DNA from: Harriotta raleighana
Taxonomy: Eukaryota
DNA: 64,000 nucleotides
Assembly: GCA_050575255.1 (NCBI GenBank)
Contig: JBNZDD010013687.1
Coordinates: forward strand, 1,400,751-1,464,750
Direction of reading: 5' to 3'
Of this stretch, positions 51,203 through 62,487 are shown piece by piece; position 1 is the first letter of the stretch, and each line of letters begins with the position of its first letter. A model generated the notes under the pieces. The model made no database searches. It saw only the letters and a list, made by a program, of their open reading frames with translations, and was not told the origin of the DNA. The translations under genes were made by a program, and so were the position numbers.

Positions 51203-51318
51203 CACAAGAGACTGAGTTTATAATCTAGCCTGACACTAGTGCGGTACTGAGGGACTGTTGCATTATCGAAGGTGCTGTCCTTTAGTTAAGTAAGATGTAA
51301 ATTCAAGGTCCCTCCTGT
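51203..51318 (+). mobile_element. Deu-domain SINE fragment
   Basis: ATAATCTAGCCTGACACTAGTGCGGTACTGAGGGACTGTTGCATTATCGAAGGTGCTGTCCTTT. Confidence 0.8.
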
Positions 51319-51439
51319 ATTTGTATATTAAGCATATTCACTGATACCAATTTTCTTGCTTGGTTTTATTTTCTCATTTTAATTTTTACTCATCCCAGTT
51401 TAACTGCCTTGTGCAATGGTTCTCCCTGAGAGAGAAAGG

Positions 51440-51620
51440 CATGTTAAACTGCTCACATGCCTCTGCTGATGGTGCTCTGCAATGAGAGCTCCAGAGCTAC
51501 AGATTGACTCGCCCTCTGATATTCCTCTCCTCCCCTATGGGTAAGCATTTCACCTCAGCTTGCCACCTCTCCCTGACAACCTGACTGAAAATGGGAACTT
51601 GCCAACTGGAGACACTGGAT
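51440..51620 (-). mobile_element. highly diverged ancient SINE-like fragment
   Basis: Shares a ~37-bp block with 14276-14312; weak AmnSINE2-like similarity. Confidence 0.3.
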
Positions 51621-52891
51621 AGATGCCCATATGTTCTACCATTATGCAGCAATACGCATTAGGACAACATACAGCACCACTAGGCTTGACGTCTGACACA
51701 TTTTTCAGAACATTTAAAATTACGTGAGCAATAAAACAATTCTTTCATCATTGCATTGAAACCTTCCTTACTAAACGAAGTAGCATTGTTTATTTTATAG
51801 AAACATGCAATTCATGGTGTTCTAACAAGTGTATACACCAAAGGGAGTACTTAATGTTCTGGCATCACATAATTATGTGGCTAAAATTTCCTACCATAAA
51901 ATCTATGTACACTTTGAACCTTCATGTTACTTTTTAATGATTTGCACAACTTGGGGCTCAGGTTACACACCAGAACAAGCAAAATATGACATTGTGTTAA
52001 TAGATATGAATGCTTTGTTTAAATTTCTCCCCCCTTTTCTTTCTCCACATTACGTACAGCTTAACTTACCCTCTTAGAGGCTGACCTGCTTCTGCACCTC
52101 GGCCAGCACCGCTTTGTAACTAGCCAAATGGGATACGTACCAAAGTGGCCCTTTGAATTGAAGTCCCTTCCTGTGGGAAACACCTGACTTTCATTGGCGA
52201 GTCTCCGTGATCGCACTGGGTGACTCACCATTGTGGAAATTGTAGGCGAAAAACCGGCATCCTATATAAATTGTGCGATTGCATTCAGCCTACAGTACTA
52301 TTAGGGCATCTGTTTGCCTAGAGAGATTACATACATTATTTTAGCCACCAAAATAACTGTATGGTAAAAACATTAACAACACAACTGTATTTTATGAAGG
52401 CCTCCAATGCTGGCTGTTGCTCTCAGTATCATTAACAGGTTACCATAGGCAGCTCATCCTATCACCTACCTACTTAGTGGATTTTCATTATTGTTGTCAA
52501 CATCATAAAGGCAAGAACCACAGGCAGCACCTGTGTTAAATACAAACTCCTCTGACAAGTCAGAGCCACTTCAAAACCTAAGCAAATTATTCCCCTTATT
52601 ACCACTGACATTTAACACACATTGGAGATTCAGGCACCTGATGGCCACTTTGTCTCTGATTTTCTCTCCTGCACTTTCTCTGACAGATTGGGCACAATTC
52701 ATTGGAAGAAAACACAAATTGTCAAATTCGAAATTCTAGCCCCAGATCTGATTGTTAATTCTGTAGTATTCTCCCCACCAAAAAAAAACAGTTACTCTCA
52801 GATGGAGATGAAAATGTGAACTATGGGCTGTTCTGTAACCCACAATACTTGGGTATTGTGATACTCAATTCTTGAGCAGCAGATAATGTGT

Positions 52892-53020
52892 AACCCTCCC
52901 TTCCCTCCACCCGACCCCATTCCCTACCCCAGATCAGATCCAAAACATTGACTGTCCAGTTCTTGGGACGTCCTCCCAAAATGAAAGTCGCTATACAAAT
53001 GTAACTTTGTTGATGTTGAT
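52892..53020 (+). mobile_element. L2-type LINE 3' terminus
   Basis: C-rich spacer, then TTGGGACGTCCTCCCAAAATGAAAGTCGCTATACAAATGTAACTTTGTTGATGTTGAT. Confidence 0.8.
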
Positions 53021-53080
53021 TTATTCACTATTCTTTGTCGTCCCCTTCTCCTGAAATGGAACCCTCCATTGCCCTACTGT

Positions 53081-53095
53081 GCTCCACCTAGTGGC
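53081..53095 (-). promoter_or_regulatory. CTCF-like binding motif
   Basis: Minus strand GCCACTAGGTGGAGC, one mismatch to CCASYAGRKGGCRS. Confidence 0.55.
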
Positions 53096-53169
53096 ACAGG
53101 TGAAGGAAGGTAAACAAGTCCATTTTCTCTTGATTCCAGTTTGTACTTCAGGGGATAAAGAATTAAATT

Positions 53170-53222
53170 CACAAGATTAGTTTGGAGGAAGAAGGTCATT
53201 TGGCCCATCTGATGTCATCCCA
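53170..53222 (-). mobile_element. CR1 3' terminus remnant
   Basis: Minus strand GATGGGCCAAATGACCTTCTTCCTCCAAACTAATCTTGTG resembles the CR1 3' UTR. Confidence 0.55.
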
Positions 53223-53329
53223 TTATAGCATCAAGCTGCTTTTTAATTCAGAACATTCACAATCCTATATTATCTTAACAGCTTTGAGGTGTGAAAGACG
53301 TTTTCTAAATGTAAATTGTATTGTAAATA

Positions 53330-53640
53330 CGTACTTGAGAAGTGCTGCTTTGTTGGAATCCTTCGGATGAGAAGTTAAACGAGGTACCATCTGCCTGTAC
53401 AAGAGGACGTTAAAGAGCCCATGACACAATTTGAAAAAAGAAGGTAGTTTCTCCCAGTATCCTGGCCAACAAATCCACAGATAAAATTGGGCATTCAGTT
53501 CATGCTGGACAATGTTGGGTGGAAATTGACTACTGTAATCACCTACAAAATATACACAGTCACTACACTTAATAGAAAATTTTGTGAGATGTCCTGCCAA
53601 TGTGAAAGGCACTAGGTCAAACGGAAGAATTATTATTATA
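53330..53640 (+). mobile_element. Deu-domain SINE (5'-truncated)
   Basis: TTCGGATGAGAAGTTAAACGAGG...GGACGTTAAAGAGCCCATGACAC...TCCTGGCCAAC...CAGTCACTACACTT...GTGAAAGGCACTA...(ATT)n. Confidence 0.85.
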
Positions 53641-56302
53641 GTATAATACTTTAGGTTTTTTTTAAAAATGTACTTTTGCAAAAACAATAAAAATGTAATG
53701 ATGACATTCATTAGATTACTAAAATCTCTCCCAAAATTCTGCTCCCACTAATACAATAAAGACTTATTTGTTAGCAATTTTAGCTAGTTTCATCTCAACA
53801 GGAGATTGGCAAAATGAAAGATCTTCCATAACATTCAGATTTAAATACTTACGTGTACACATACAACTGTCTTACCTTTGCAGTACCCAGGAACACACAC
53901 ATATGATGGCATTTGTTTTAAATGTGTTTTTGTATCTCTACAAAATACCATTTACATCATTTTCATATTAACCATCAAGATATATATGTTTTACTCCTAT
54001 TGCAGCACTTTTATAGTGTGAGTGACAAAATAATGAAAAATGTGAGTGACAACAAACTGCCAACCACCATCTTGAGAATTGCAGCAAATAGAAAATGGCA
54101 TAGGATGTATTACACTACTTATGAAACTTTCGAGTTTAATTTTATCCAGAGGCCTTGTAATTGCAAATATTTCATGCATTTTGCACTAGAACAAGACCCA
54201 AGTGTATCAACTCCAGCGACATAAGAAACATTTGTGACAGAATAGAATCCAACTGCAAGTTAAATTATCTTGGTTTGCATTAGTATTAAAGCATAACTGT
54301 GCATTGTATTACATACATCAATAGTTTAAAAAACTGGTTTGAGATAAAAGTAAGCTACAGGGTTTTCCATTCAGACATTCTGGAGCGGCAAGTTTTAACT
54401 ACAAAATCATTGTTTTGAGTAACAAAAAATGCTGTATTTAATTTGTTTTCTTGTTATGTAAAGTGATATAATTGTTTTGATTAAGTTTGCGGTATTAGAT
54501 ATGTACGTGTTAGGACCTCTATATGTGCAAATTAATCAGCTTTTGTTTCTGACTTTCATTGGGTCCTATGAAAGAATAATTTAAATATTAACATAATACA
54601 CAATACAACTACTTAACACTTTGGAACATTCTGTGTTCTATCACTGATGAAATTTATCTATCTATCTTCCATCCTCCCACGAAGGACAGCAAGAAAGATG
54701 TTACAAATGTTCTCTTGATCAAAAACCTAGGTTGGTGAAAGACGATGGCAAATAATGAGTAGGCTAAAGGGAAAAAAAAAAGTACAGACAGCTGTGGCCA
54801 AGCCGGGGGCTAGTGTAGTCATTACCGTGGAGATGCTGCCGTGCGTTTTTACAAAAGGAAGGGTCATGATGGTACAATGTCACCCAGCATGTGCAAAAAG
54901 GATAACATCTGGATCCATACTAAGCCTCAAAGGAAGTGAAGAAATTTAACCAAGGTTGCTGCGATTGTTAAAAAAAAACCTCAGTAAGGACTTTTCATCG
55001 GCAGCCTTCCCTGCAAAATCTGCCCAGTTACAAAATGAATTAGACCAGGTTGGTATCGATGATGTTTTATTCGAAGCAAAGAAGTGAACGTTACAGAAGG
55101 GTGACTTATAGCAACATAATAATGCATTCTAAAATGTAGACAACAGATGCCTCACCCAGGGACACAGCATTGCTGAAACGGCAGGAAGCCTCAGTATGTT
55201 CACTTTGTACAGAATCTGTCTTTTGACAGCTGCCCATTTCAAAACTGCAGTAAGCCTCCTACTCTGGGGTTTACTTGCTAGCTGAAGTCAAACACTCAGT
55301 CATTTGCTAGGTCACGAAATGTACAAACAAAATTACGAAACAAAATCTCTCTTTTATGGTTTGATCAAAGTACAAAATCAAATAACTTATCCAATTTAAG
55401 GTGATAATTAATATCTCGGCTGCCTCCAGTAACCAAAATACCTTGACATAAAACTTTATGGGAGCTACTGTTTAAAAGGCAAGAAGCTCGGGTGTTTTGT
55501 TGCACGCACTTGAAATAGATTATTCTTAATGCGGATTAAATATCAGGTAACTATTAGATGTAAAAATCTTTAGAATGTCACAGATATCACTGATTTGCCC
55601 AGTTTCCGCACACTTTTTCTGAGAATACTGATGAAGAATCAACCTATAAATCATTGCCATATCCAGAAAAAAAGCACATAATATTCAGAGCACATACAAT
55701 AAACACCTAACTCATCTTTGCTGTTTATACTGTGCCAAATCTTTACTTGTACGGTAAAATGTTGTTGTTTGTGATATCTGGATCTTTCCTAATGTGAAGA
55801 TGTCAGATATTTGTTAGCACCGAGGGAGAATGGATGATGAGAAAACACAAAAATGCTCGAAAATCAATGCGATTGGAGAATTTTAATCCCTGACACTGAT
55901 GATTAATAACAAATTTATTCAATGTGGCCTAAAGCATGCTGAATTAATAGGTCTGAGACTCACTTCAGCTGTGAATCTCTCAGTAAAAAGGATCTCATAT
56001 TGCAGTTCTCAGTAATCCTTGATGATATCCTCCAATGCTGTGTCCAGAATGTCATTCAGAAAATGTCTGCTCAGTAACCCAACAGACAATGTGGTGAAGA
56101 CTCAGCAACCAAATAGACAATGGAGTGTTAAGATGGGTGATCATTTACATTGCTGAAAAAGCCAAATCATTTATCAAGGTGTGAATCCCCACATCCTCCA
56201 AACTTATACTGTTTGGGCTGTGTTTGGGCTGTTTGTCACTGGTGCCAACCACTGGATTGCCAGGTCAGAGTCTAATATATTCTGCACCCAAGGCCTTGTC
56301 CT

Positions 56303-56400
56303 TTAGAACTATGGTCTAAAACACTTTGTCTTGCGACCAAACTCGCTGCCTTCAAAATCCTCCTAAAAATATACCTATTTGACTATTTGATTAGCACCTT
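56303..56400 (+). mobile_element. L2 ORF2 extreme C-terminus
   Basis: 56303-56383 translates LELWSKTLCLATKLAAFKILLKIYLFD, like L2 PKLWNSLPKPLRL..SLSSFKTLLKTYLFD. Confidence 0.75.
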
Positions 56401-56515
56401 CAAATTTGCCCTGTTTGGTACATTTCAGGCAGTTTGAGACATTCAAAAGCACACAAAAAAAACTTCTTTCTTTTTGTGTTATTGCAATTTCTGTTATTCT
56501 ATTTTTTTAAATATA

Positions 56516-56632
56516 TAACAACTTAGACTTATATAGTGCCCTCCTTGTCAGACGGGATCTCAGAGCAGTTCACAGTTCAGAGCCTGATGCCGAGCCCGTG
56601 AAGGGGGAAGGTGAAAATATATGGTGGGAAAG
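56516..56632 (-). mobile_element. L2-type LINE 3' terminus (second family)
   Basis: Minus strand CCTTCCCCCTTCACGGGCTCGGCATCAGGCTC...CTCTGAGATCCCGTC...GAGGGCACTATATAAGTCTAAGTTG links the 6530 ORF2 copy and the 18762 tail. Confidence 0.75.
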
Positions 56633-56824
56633 CTGATTTTTAATCTAGTTTGTTTTTCATTCAACACTCTGGACCCGAAATAATAGACAACCTGCTCCCA
56701 TATCTCTGCCAATGTTGCTCTTCAACCAAGTGCAATGAGATAGGTGAGAGTGCCTTCACCTGCCGCATCCACTGATTTTTCCTTTGTTCCCTGGTATTGT
56801 TTCTCCCTAATAGCCATCTTAGTG

Positions 56825-57188
56825 TAGTTGTAGCTCTGTGGTTAGAGCGCTTGCCTTGCAAGCAAGAGACCTGGGTTCGATTCCTGGCCAGGCAAAATGT
56901 TGGACAAGTTTCCTTACTCCAAACACCTTTGTTTACCTAACAATAAGTAGGAATCAAGTTGTTAATTGATTGGAAAATCACTTTTCCAGGGGTAGTAATT
57001 CCTTCAAAAAAAGAAAATAATAATAAATTGTTTAATCAATCCTTGACTACTGTGCGCAATTGACTCCCACGTTTCGCTCCCAAAATGTACAGTTAAATCA
57101 CTTTTGTAGTATATTCTGTGAAGCGCTTTGTGACGTTTCGAAAACATGATAAATCGCTACACCAAATGCAAGGATTATTGCTATTATT
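56825..57188 (+). mobile_element. long variant of the tRNA-derived SINE
   Basis: A box TAGCTCTGTGG, B box GGTTCGATTCC, extra ~64 bp at 56929-56992, standard tail AAATGCAAGGATTATTGCTATTATT. Confidence 0.9.
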
Positions 57189-57243
57189 GAGATTCATGAT
57201 TTATGATGTGAAATACAAGACACTGCTATCACTCTACCATTAT

Positions 57244-57526
57244 GCCCACAAATATACAGTCAGTTTTCCTGCTCTCCTTCCCCCTACCCCGACTCCTCTC
57301 CTTGCCATCGTTACCCCCTTTCTCCTCTAACCCCACTTCCATGATTGTTTATGGGACACTGCTGTGCGCAATTTTTTTTTGTGTGTTTCTCCCACAAATA
57401 TACACTCAATTTTCCTACTCTTCTTCCCCCGACCCCTCCCCCCGCTCTGATCCCAACCTGACTGTTCAGCGCCCTGGGACGTCCTCCCGACTTGAAAGGC
57501 ACTATATAAATGTAATTATTGATTGA
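57244..57526 (+). mobile_element. L2-type LINE 3' UTR with duplicated block
   Basis: CCCACAAATATACA(G/C)TCA(G/A)TTTTCCT occurs twice (~57245, ~57391), each followed by a C-rich tract; terminus GGGACGTCCTCCCGACTTGAAAGGCACTATATAAATG. Confidence 0.8.
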
Positions 57527-57644
57527 TCACTCAGTGCATTACTGCACCTTTACACCAACTTATGTCATTTGAGAACTTAGATTTTTTTTAAACTCTCAGT
57601 TAACTTTTCTAACGGTAAACTTCTTGTTCTTCTTTCCCTTCTCA

Positions 57645-57815
57645 ATATAATTTTCTTCTGTTTCCTTCCCTGAAAGTGCTGACTCAAGTTGGGACATGGT
57701 GCTATGAATGCTGAGTGCTCTATGATACAGAGCCAAGTCTGATCCTATCCCCACCTGACCTCCAAGAACACTCATATTCCATCAGAGGTCATTGGATACG
57801 GATCACCTGGAGTGC
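57645..57815 (-). mobile_element. AmnSINE2-like ancient SINE 3' part
   Basis: CCTGAAAGTGCTGACTCAAGTTGGG and GCCAAGTCTGATCCTATCCCCACCTGACCTCCA...TTCCATCAGAGGTCATTGGATACGGATCA are collinear with the reverse complement of the recalled AmnSINE2 consensus. Confidence 0.65.
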
Positions 57816-58828
57816 GCATGTTTTTTGTCTACCAAAATGTCCAACATTTTGCTGTTTTTTCCACTCCTTCATCCAGAGATGCTGTTGCAACTCAAGCTAA
57901 TCCAACACGGTTTTTTGATCAAACCTTGCAATTTCCTTGTCTGGATGCTTGATTTCACATTGGCCATTGGACTTACCAACAAGCCACCAGACAAGCTTGA
58001 TATTGCTATGATCGATATGTCTTAAGTAAAATAAACTTGACAATACAGATGTGAGAATCTCCTCTCCTACTTTATTTTATTGTTGTGACAGCAATACAGT
58101 AGAATACATCGGGAGTATCATTACTTGCTATTTGATTTGATATCTTGTGTGTGATTTTATAATGTAAACTAGCGATACAATTTCCAAGTAATCGGTCACA
58201 GATTATATCCCAATAAAACTGCAGTAATGGTGTCTCATGTGTTAATTTTTTTTAATGTGAATGCCATCATGTGCCAAGTGAACTATCAGTGTGCAAAATG
58301 ACAGCTGAGGCCGACACAGAAATAAAATCAGCCATAAAATGTTATATTATATAAAACAACAGATACCCTAGAGTGATTTTTGAGCCAGTAATCTAATCTT
58401 GGGGTTTAGATGACGGTTATAAACTGCTCCAGTTTTGCTCTTGTGGTTTATGACATCATCTGAAACCCTTGATTAGATTGTTGTCATGCATTCACTCCCA
58501 GGTACCAATTATTCTACATTTATGCTCACTTGGTATGGAGCAGGGCCTGTGAAAATTAATATTAATGCCAATGGAATGAAAAGGATTAAAAGACAAATGT
58601 ATCAGACAGTTATCTCATTTTTCAAAAGGACATTTTGCAGTCCTAATGCAATGATTTTTAAAGCAGAAACAAAGCTGCCAATTTAGGTCAGAACAGACCG
58701 CCACCACTTGGCATACATTTTACTGAATCCCACGTTTTCAAATAAAACTCTTAAATGAGCACTTATAGATTAGTTTTAATTATTACTTCTGTTAAGTTTA
58801 AACGAAATGTTTCACTTCATGACTGGTA

Positions 58829-58922
58829 CATTGCTGTGAGCAAATTGGCTGACATTTTGTGTATAAATATGCAGTCACTACACTTCACAGTGGATCCTGT
58901 AAAGCGCTTTGAGACATGAAGG
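58829..58922 (+). mobile_element. Deu-type SINE tail
   Basis: TTGCTGTGAGCAAATTGGCTG...CAGTCACTACACTTCACAGTGGATCCTGTAAAGCGCTTTGAGAC. Confidence 0.8.
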
Positions 58923-59065
58923 ATAAAGGATAATCCTAATTGGGTTGCAAAATGAAAATTGAATATAGTTATGTTAGTTTTCAAGTTTTAAATCATGGAA
59001 ATTTTAGTTAATTGATGTTTAGTTTAAATGATATTTTGCATAGCAGCACAACAAAATCAAATTTC

Positions 59066-59125
59066 AACAAATCAAAATTACATTTATAGAGCGCCTTTCA
59101 CGTCGGAAGGACATCCCAAAGCACA
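59066..59125 (-). mobile_element. L2-type 3' terminus
   Basis: Minus strand GCTTTGGGATGTCCTTCCGACGTGAAAGGCGCTCTATAAATGTAATTTTGATTTG. Confidence 0.8.
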
Positions 59126-60269
59126 AGGGGAGAACAAGGAGAATAAATTTGAGAAAATATTTTCAACCTGATCAAAAAATTAAGAAATTCGGAATCAAAA
59201 TAAAAGATTACAGAATCAAATAAAATTCAAGTAAGACCTTTTGTTACTTTTCTGCAAAATTGTTTGTTGATATTCATTTCATTTTCAATCAGCTGGGTAT
59301 CTCATCAAACCTGTCATCATGTTTAAGAGTCTCCAAACGTGCTTTGTTCGTCTGCCTTGCAGTACAGTACATACTATTTTCCTAAGTGGGCTGCACATTG
59401 ATTCACCAAACGCCAAAGAAATCCTGTGCAGATTGGCAAGAGCCAAGGCTGGGACCCTGGGTATGCATTGAGGTACTTCTGGAATTTAATCAGCTAAAAC
59501 CATACAATCTACCATTGCACAGCACAGGTAAGTTTCCTGCAGCTTGTTCACCTAAGACAACCCTGTCCATAGGGAATTGGGCTAGCAGAGTTATCAGTAA
59601 TCGGCTTAGAAGAATTCCCACTCCTTATGGTATTCAGGGGGAAATAAACAAAGGTCAAAACAATAATCTCTGAAGACACAATGAACATTTTGAAGTGAGT
59701 CAATTTGCACACATTGGAAAATAAGGGAATGTAATGATCTATTATTTGTTAACATTATTATCATCATTTAAACTATATCTAATTATTTTATACCCATGCC
59801 AACAGAAATAAATGTTTAACTGTCATATTGTGATAGACATCATGAGTTTGAATCATCACAATTTAATTGATGCTATTAGTATAATCCAGAGCAATTCTCA
59901 ACCTGGGAGGCATCACTGAACTTGCACAAACTTATCAACCTGCCATCTGCTGAAATTAAAAACCAGAGGTTCAAGGCGTCTGATTTATCATCGACCCAAG
60001 AATGTTCAAGGATTCATTTTACTGTATTAACAAAAGCAGTTTATATATATATGTATGTGTGTATGAAACTTGTGCTTTTAAATCATGTACTGAGGTATCT
60101 TAAACATTTTATCAATGATCAATTATAGGCACTTGGGTGCGATCAGTCACCTAATTGGGTTATAAGGAGAATGCAGATGCTGCCGGGGGAGGAAGAAATT
60201 ATAGCAATGGTGCTTTTCAGATTTCTGGCTGGTAGCTAAAATAACTGATAATATAAGATCACAATAGAG

Positions 60270-60455
60270 GTTCAGATAAAGAAGATCCTTCGCCCCATCA
60301 GTTCTCACCCTTTCAGAGATCTATCCTCCGGTCACATCATTAAAATGATTCAAGCTTCCTGGTCTCAATCACACTTCCTGGTACACTATTCCAGTAGTCC
60401 ATTGCGCTGTAGGTGAACAAATATTTGCTTGTGCCTGTCTTTAAATTGTACTCTT
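60270..60455 (-). mobile_element. decayed CR1 3' fragment
   Basis: Minus translation KYLFTYSAMDYWNSVPGSVIET resembles CR1 K.FFTQRV...WN.LP..VVEA; followed by a GATGGGGCGAAGG 3' UTR motif. Confidence 0.6.
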
Positions 60456-60509
60456 CTTCTATTGTAACAGAACATCCCAAAGTTGATGCAAAACTTAAGA
60501 TGCATTCAA

Positions 60510-60678
60510 TAGGATTTTAGAAGCTTTCAAGAGAAAGCTAGGCCTTCACATGAGGAAGAATCGAATAGAAGATTATCGGGGAGAGTGAGGAATGGGTGAA
60601 AACTTGGGTGGAGCATAAACACGGGCACAGACTGGTTAGGCCGAGTCACTTGTTTCCTTGCTGCACATTCTTTGTACA
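60510..60678 (+). mobile_element. CR1 3' end
   Basis: LEAFKRKL, then 3' UTR GTGGAGCATAAACACGGGCACAGACTGGTTAGGCCGAG...TGTTTCCTTGCTGCACATTCTTTGTA. Confidence 0.75.
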
Positions 60679-62157
60679 TGTCTGTTCGTTAAACAAAAAT
60701 TATTATTCCAAGCTTAGGAAGGAGTCCTCTTATTTATCTACTAATTCTATTGGTTGCAGTTGATATTGTAGTTCAGGGAAATCATTAGAAATAAGATCTA
60801 AATTCTCACTATGAAGTTTGTGGTAATACTCGTGAAAATTCGCCTTCAATTAATCACACAGAGTATCGTGATACTCACAATGATAAACATCAATATTTTT
60901 CCTGTAGATATTGCATTGAAATAGACATTTTCTATGTATAGATTCAGGGCTTCGGATCACAGTTGTAGAAGGTGGTCATATGACAATCTCTTCAAGAACA
61001 CGAAAATCCAACCCAAAATCTGACACCGATTGGCACTTGAACCATGTCCAACTCAAACACTGGTGAATGAAATTTGAGGGCAGGAATTATCAATCCTGTT
61101 TCGCACTCCAAACTGGTACACTGCTGAAAGCGATAATAATTCGCTCCAGTAGAATAAATCTAGCATTAGTGTCCTCACTCTTTGAAAGTTCTTAAATGTG
61201 CGTCTGCAACGTATCATTCCAAGGAACTTAATGGATCCATTGGAAGCACATTTCTCGCCTGTAAACTGCACTACAGTAAATGGCAGATTTAAAAAAAAAT
61301 GTCATCACTTACCACTTATTTTATGTGACTGAATAAAAAACGACCTATGTAGCCGTGTGCATTTATGATACACTGTCCGACTGACATGGGAATAATATAC
61401 TTATACCTTTCTAACACAAAGATTGGCAGCCAAGGTTACAATGACATTCATAAATTAGCATATTCATCCAGACATGGGGATACTTGATTATGTCAAACAC
61501 AATTGATCAAGATTCCAAATAGACCTTTAGAGGCACTTTACCCCAAATGAGGTGAGTTTGAGCTACCTTTATGTAATTTGGGATAATTCTGCCTTCTTGG
61601 GAGTTATCCAGCATATAATTACTGAATAAGAATGGATAATACTTTACTAGACAGGAAAGAAAAGTTAGTCCCTTGACTCAGGGTTGTCTATTTGAGTACA
61701 AGATTATGAAATGAATAGGTTTCTCAATAATATTCTACAAGTAATAATTATAAATAATTTGGATGTAAAATCAAATTTTAAAATTTAATGTGTTTCATTG
61801 ATAATATGCTTGAGACTAATTACTTTAGGAAGAGTATTAGTATTTCCTCCAGGGAAAAGGGTGGAATGAGTCTGGTCTGCCGTTGTGTTGGCTCGGCTCT
61901 GGGGATATACGGCTGGCAAAGTCAGGCAGGTTCACCAGAATCCAAGTCAAATCTTGAGTTTGTAAAGGTGTCCTCAATTCCGTAAACCAAAACCAAACAG
62001 TTATGATGAATTTGGTTTTAATGTCAACAGAGTGAAGAAGAACATGTGGAAATAGTTTGAAGGGTAAGAGAAACAATCAAAAAAGCTTTATTAGAGCATT
62101 CACCATTGTAATGTTTTAAAATCAAATGAAGAAATAGAAAACTTTGCATCCTTGAAG

Positions 62158-62183
62158 AACAACAACAATAACAACAACAACAA
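62158..62183 (+). repeat. (AAC)n imperfect microsatellite, probable minus-strand L2 tail relic
   Basis: AACAACAACAATAACAACAACAAC followed by AAAACTACATTTATAG. Confidence 0.7.
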
Positions 62184-62487
62184 AACTACATTTATAGAAA
62201 TGTGCTAGGATTGCCTCCATGGACATGAACACAGTATTTATATTGTTTGATGCACTTCAATTTTATTGCAATTTGTTGAGGGCAAAATATGTTTTGTGTA
62301 GCAGATAAGCTTCTTGGGAGGCAATTTTAGCATTGGAGAGGTGAGAATTCTACCTGAGCTCATGAGTTTCAGGGTCTCATGGTTAATAGCGGCCATCGAA
62401 GAATATGAAGATCATCAACGTTTGGTAAGTCAGGCATTAAACTCCGACAGGAGTGAAGGCTTTGCACACTGAGGATGTGCAAAGCCT

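Noticed and set aside
55947-56200. Minus-strand GAA|GTGAGT donor with HFLNDILDTALEDIIKDY peptide
   Set aside because: In-frame stop, poor acceptor and only vague RT-like similarity
14150-59640. Minus-strand bias of AmnSINE2-like relics as evidence of host transcription direction
   Set aside because: Few copies, several uncertain, and probable plus-strand relics at ~31420 and ~59580
60270-60678. Twin-priming inversion of a single CR1
   Set aside because: Both pieces carry their own, different 3' ends, so they are two independent insertions
61232-61258. Minus-strand ARNVLPMDP resembling the PKC C2 motif ARNLIPMDP, after an AG acceptor
   Set aside because: Similarity stops at once (LSSLE-stop) and no other PKC exons are present
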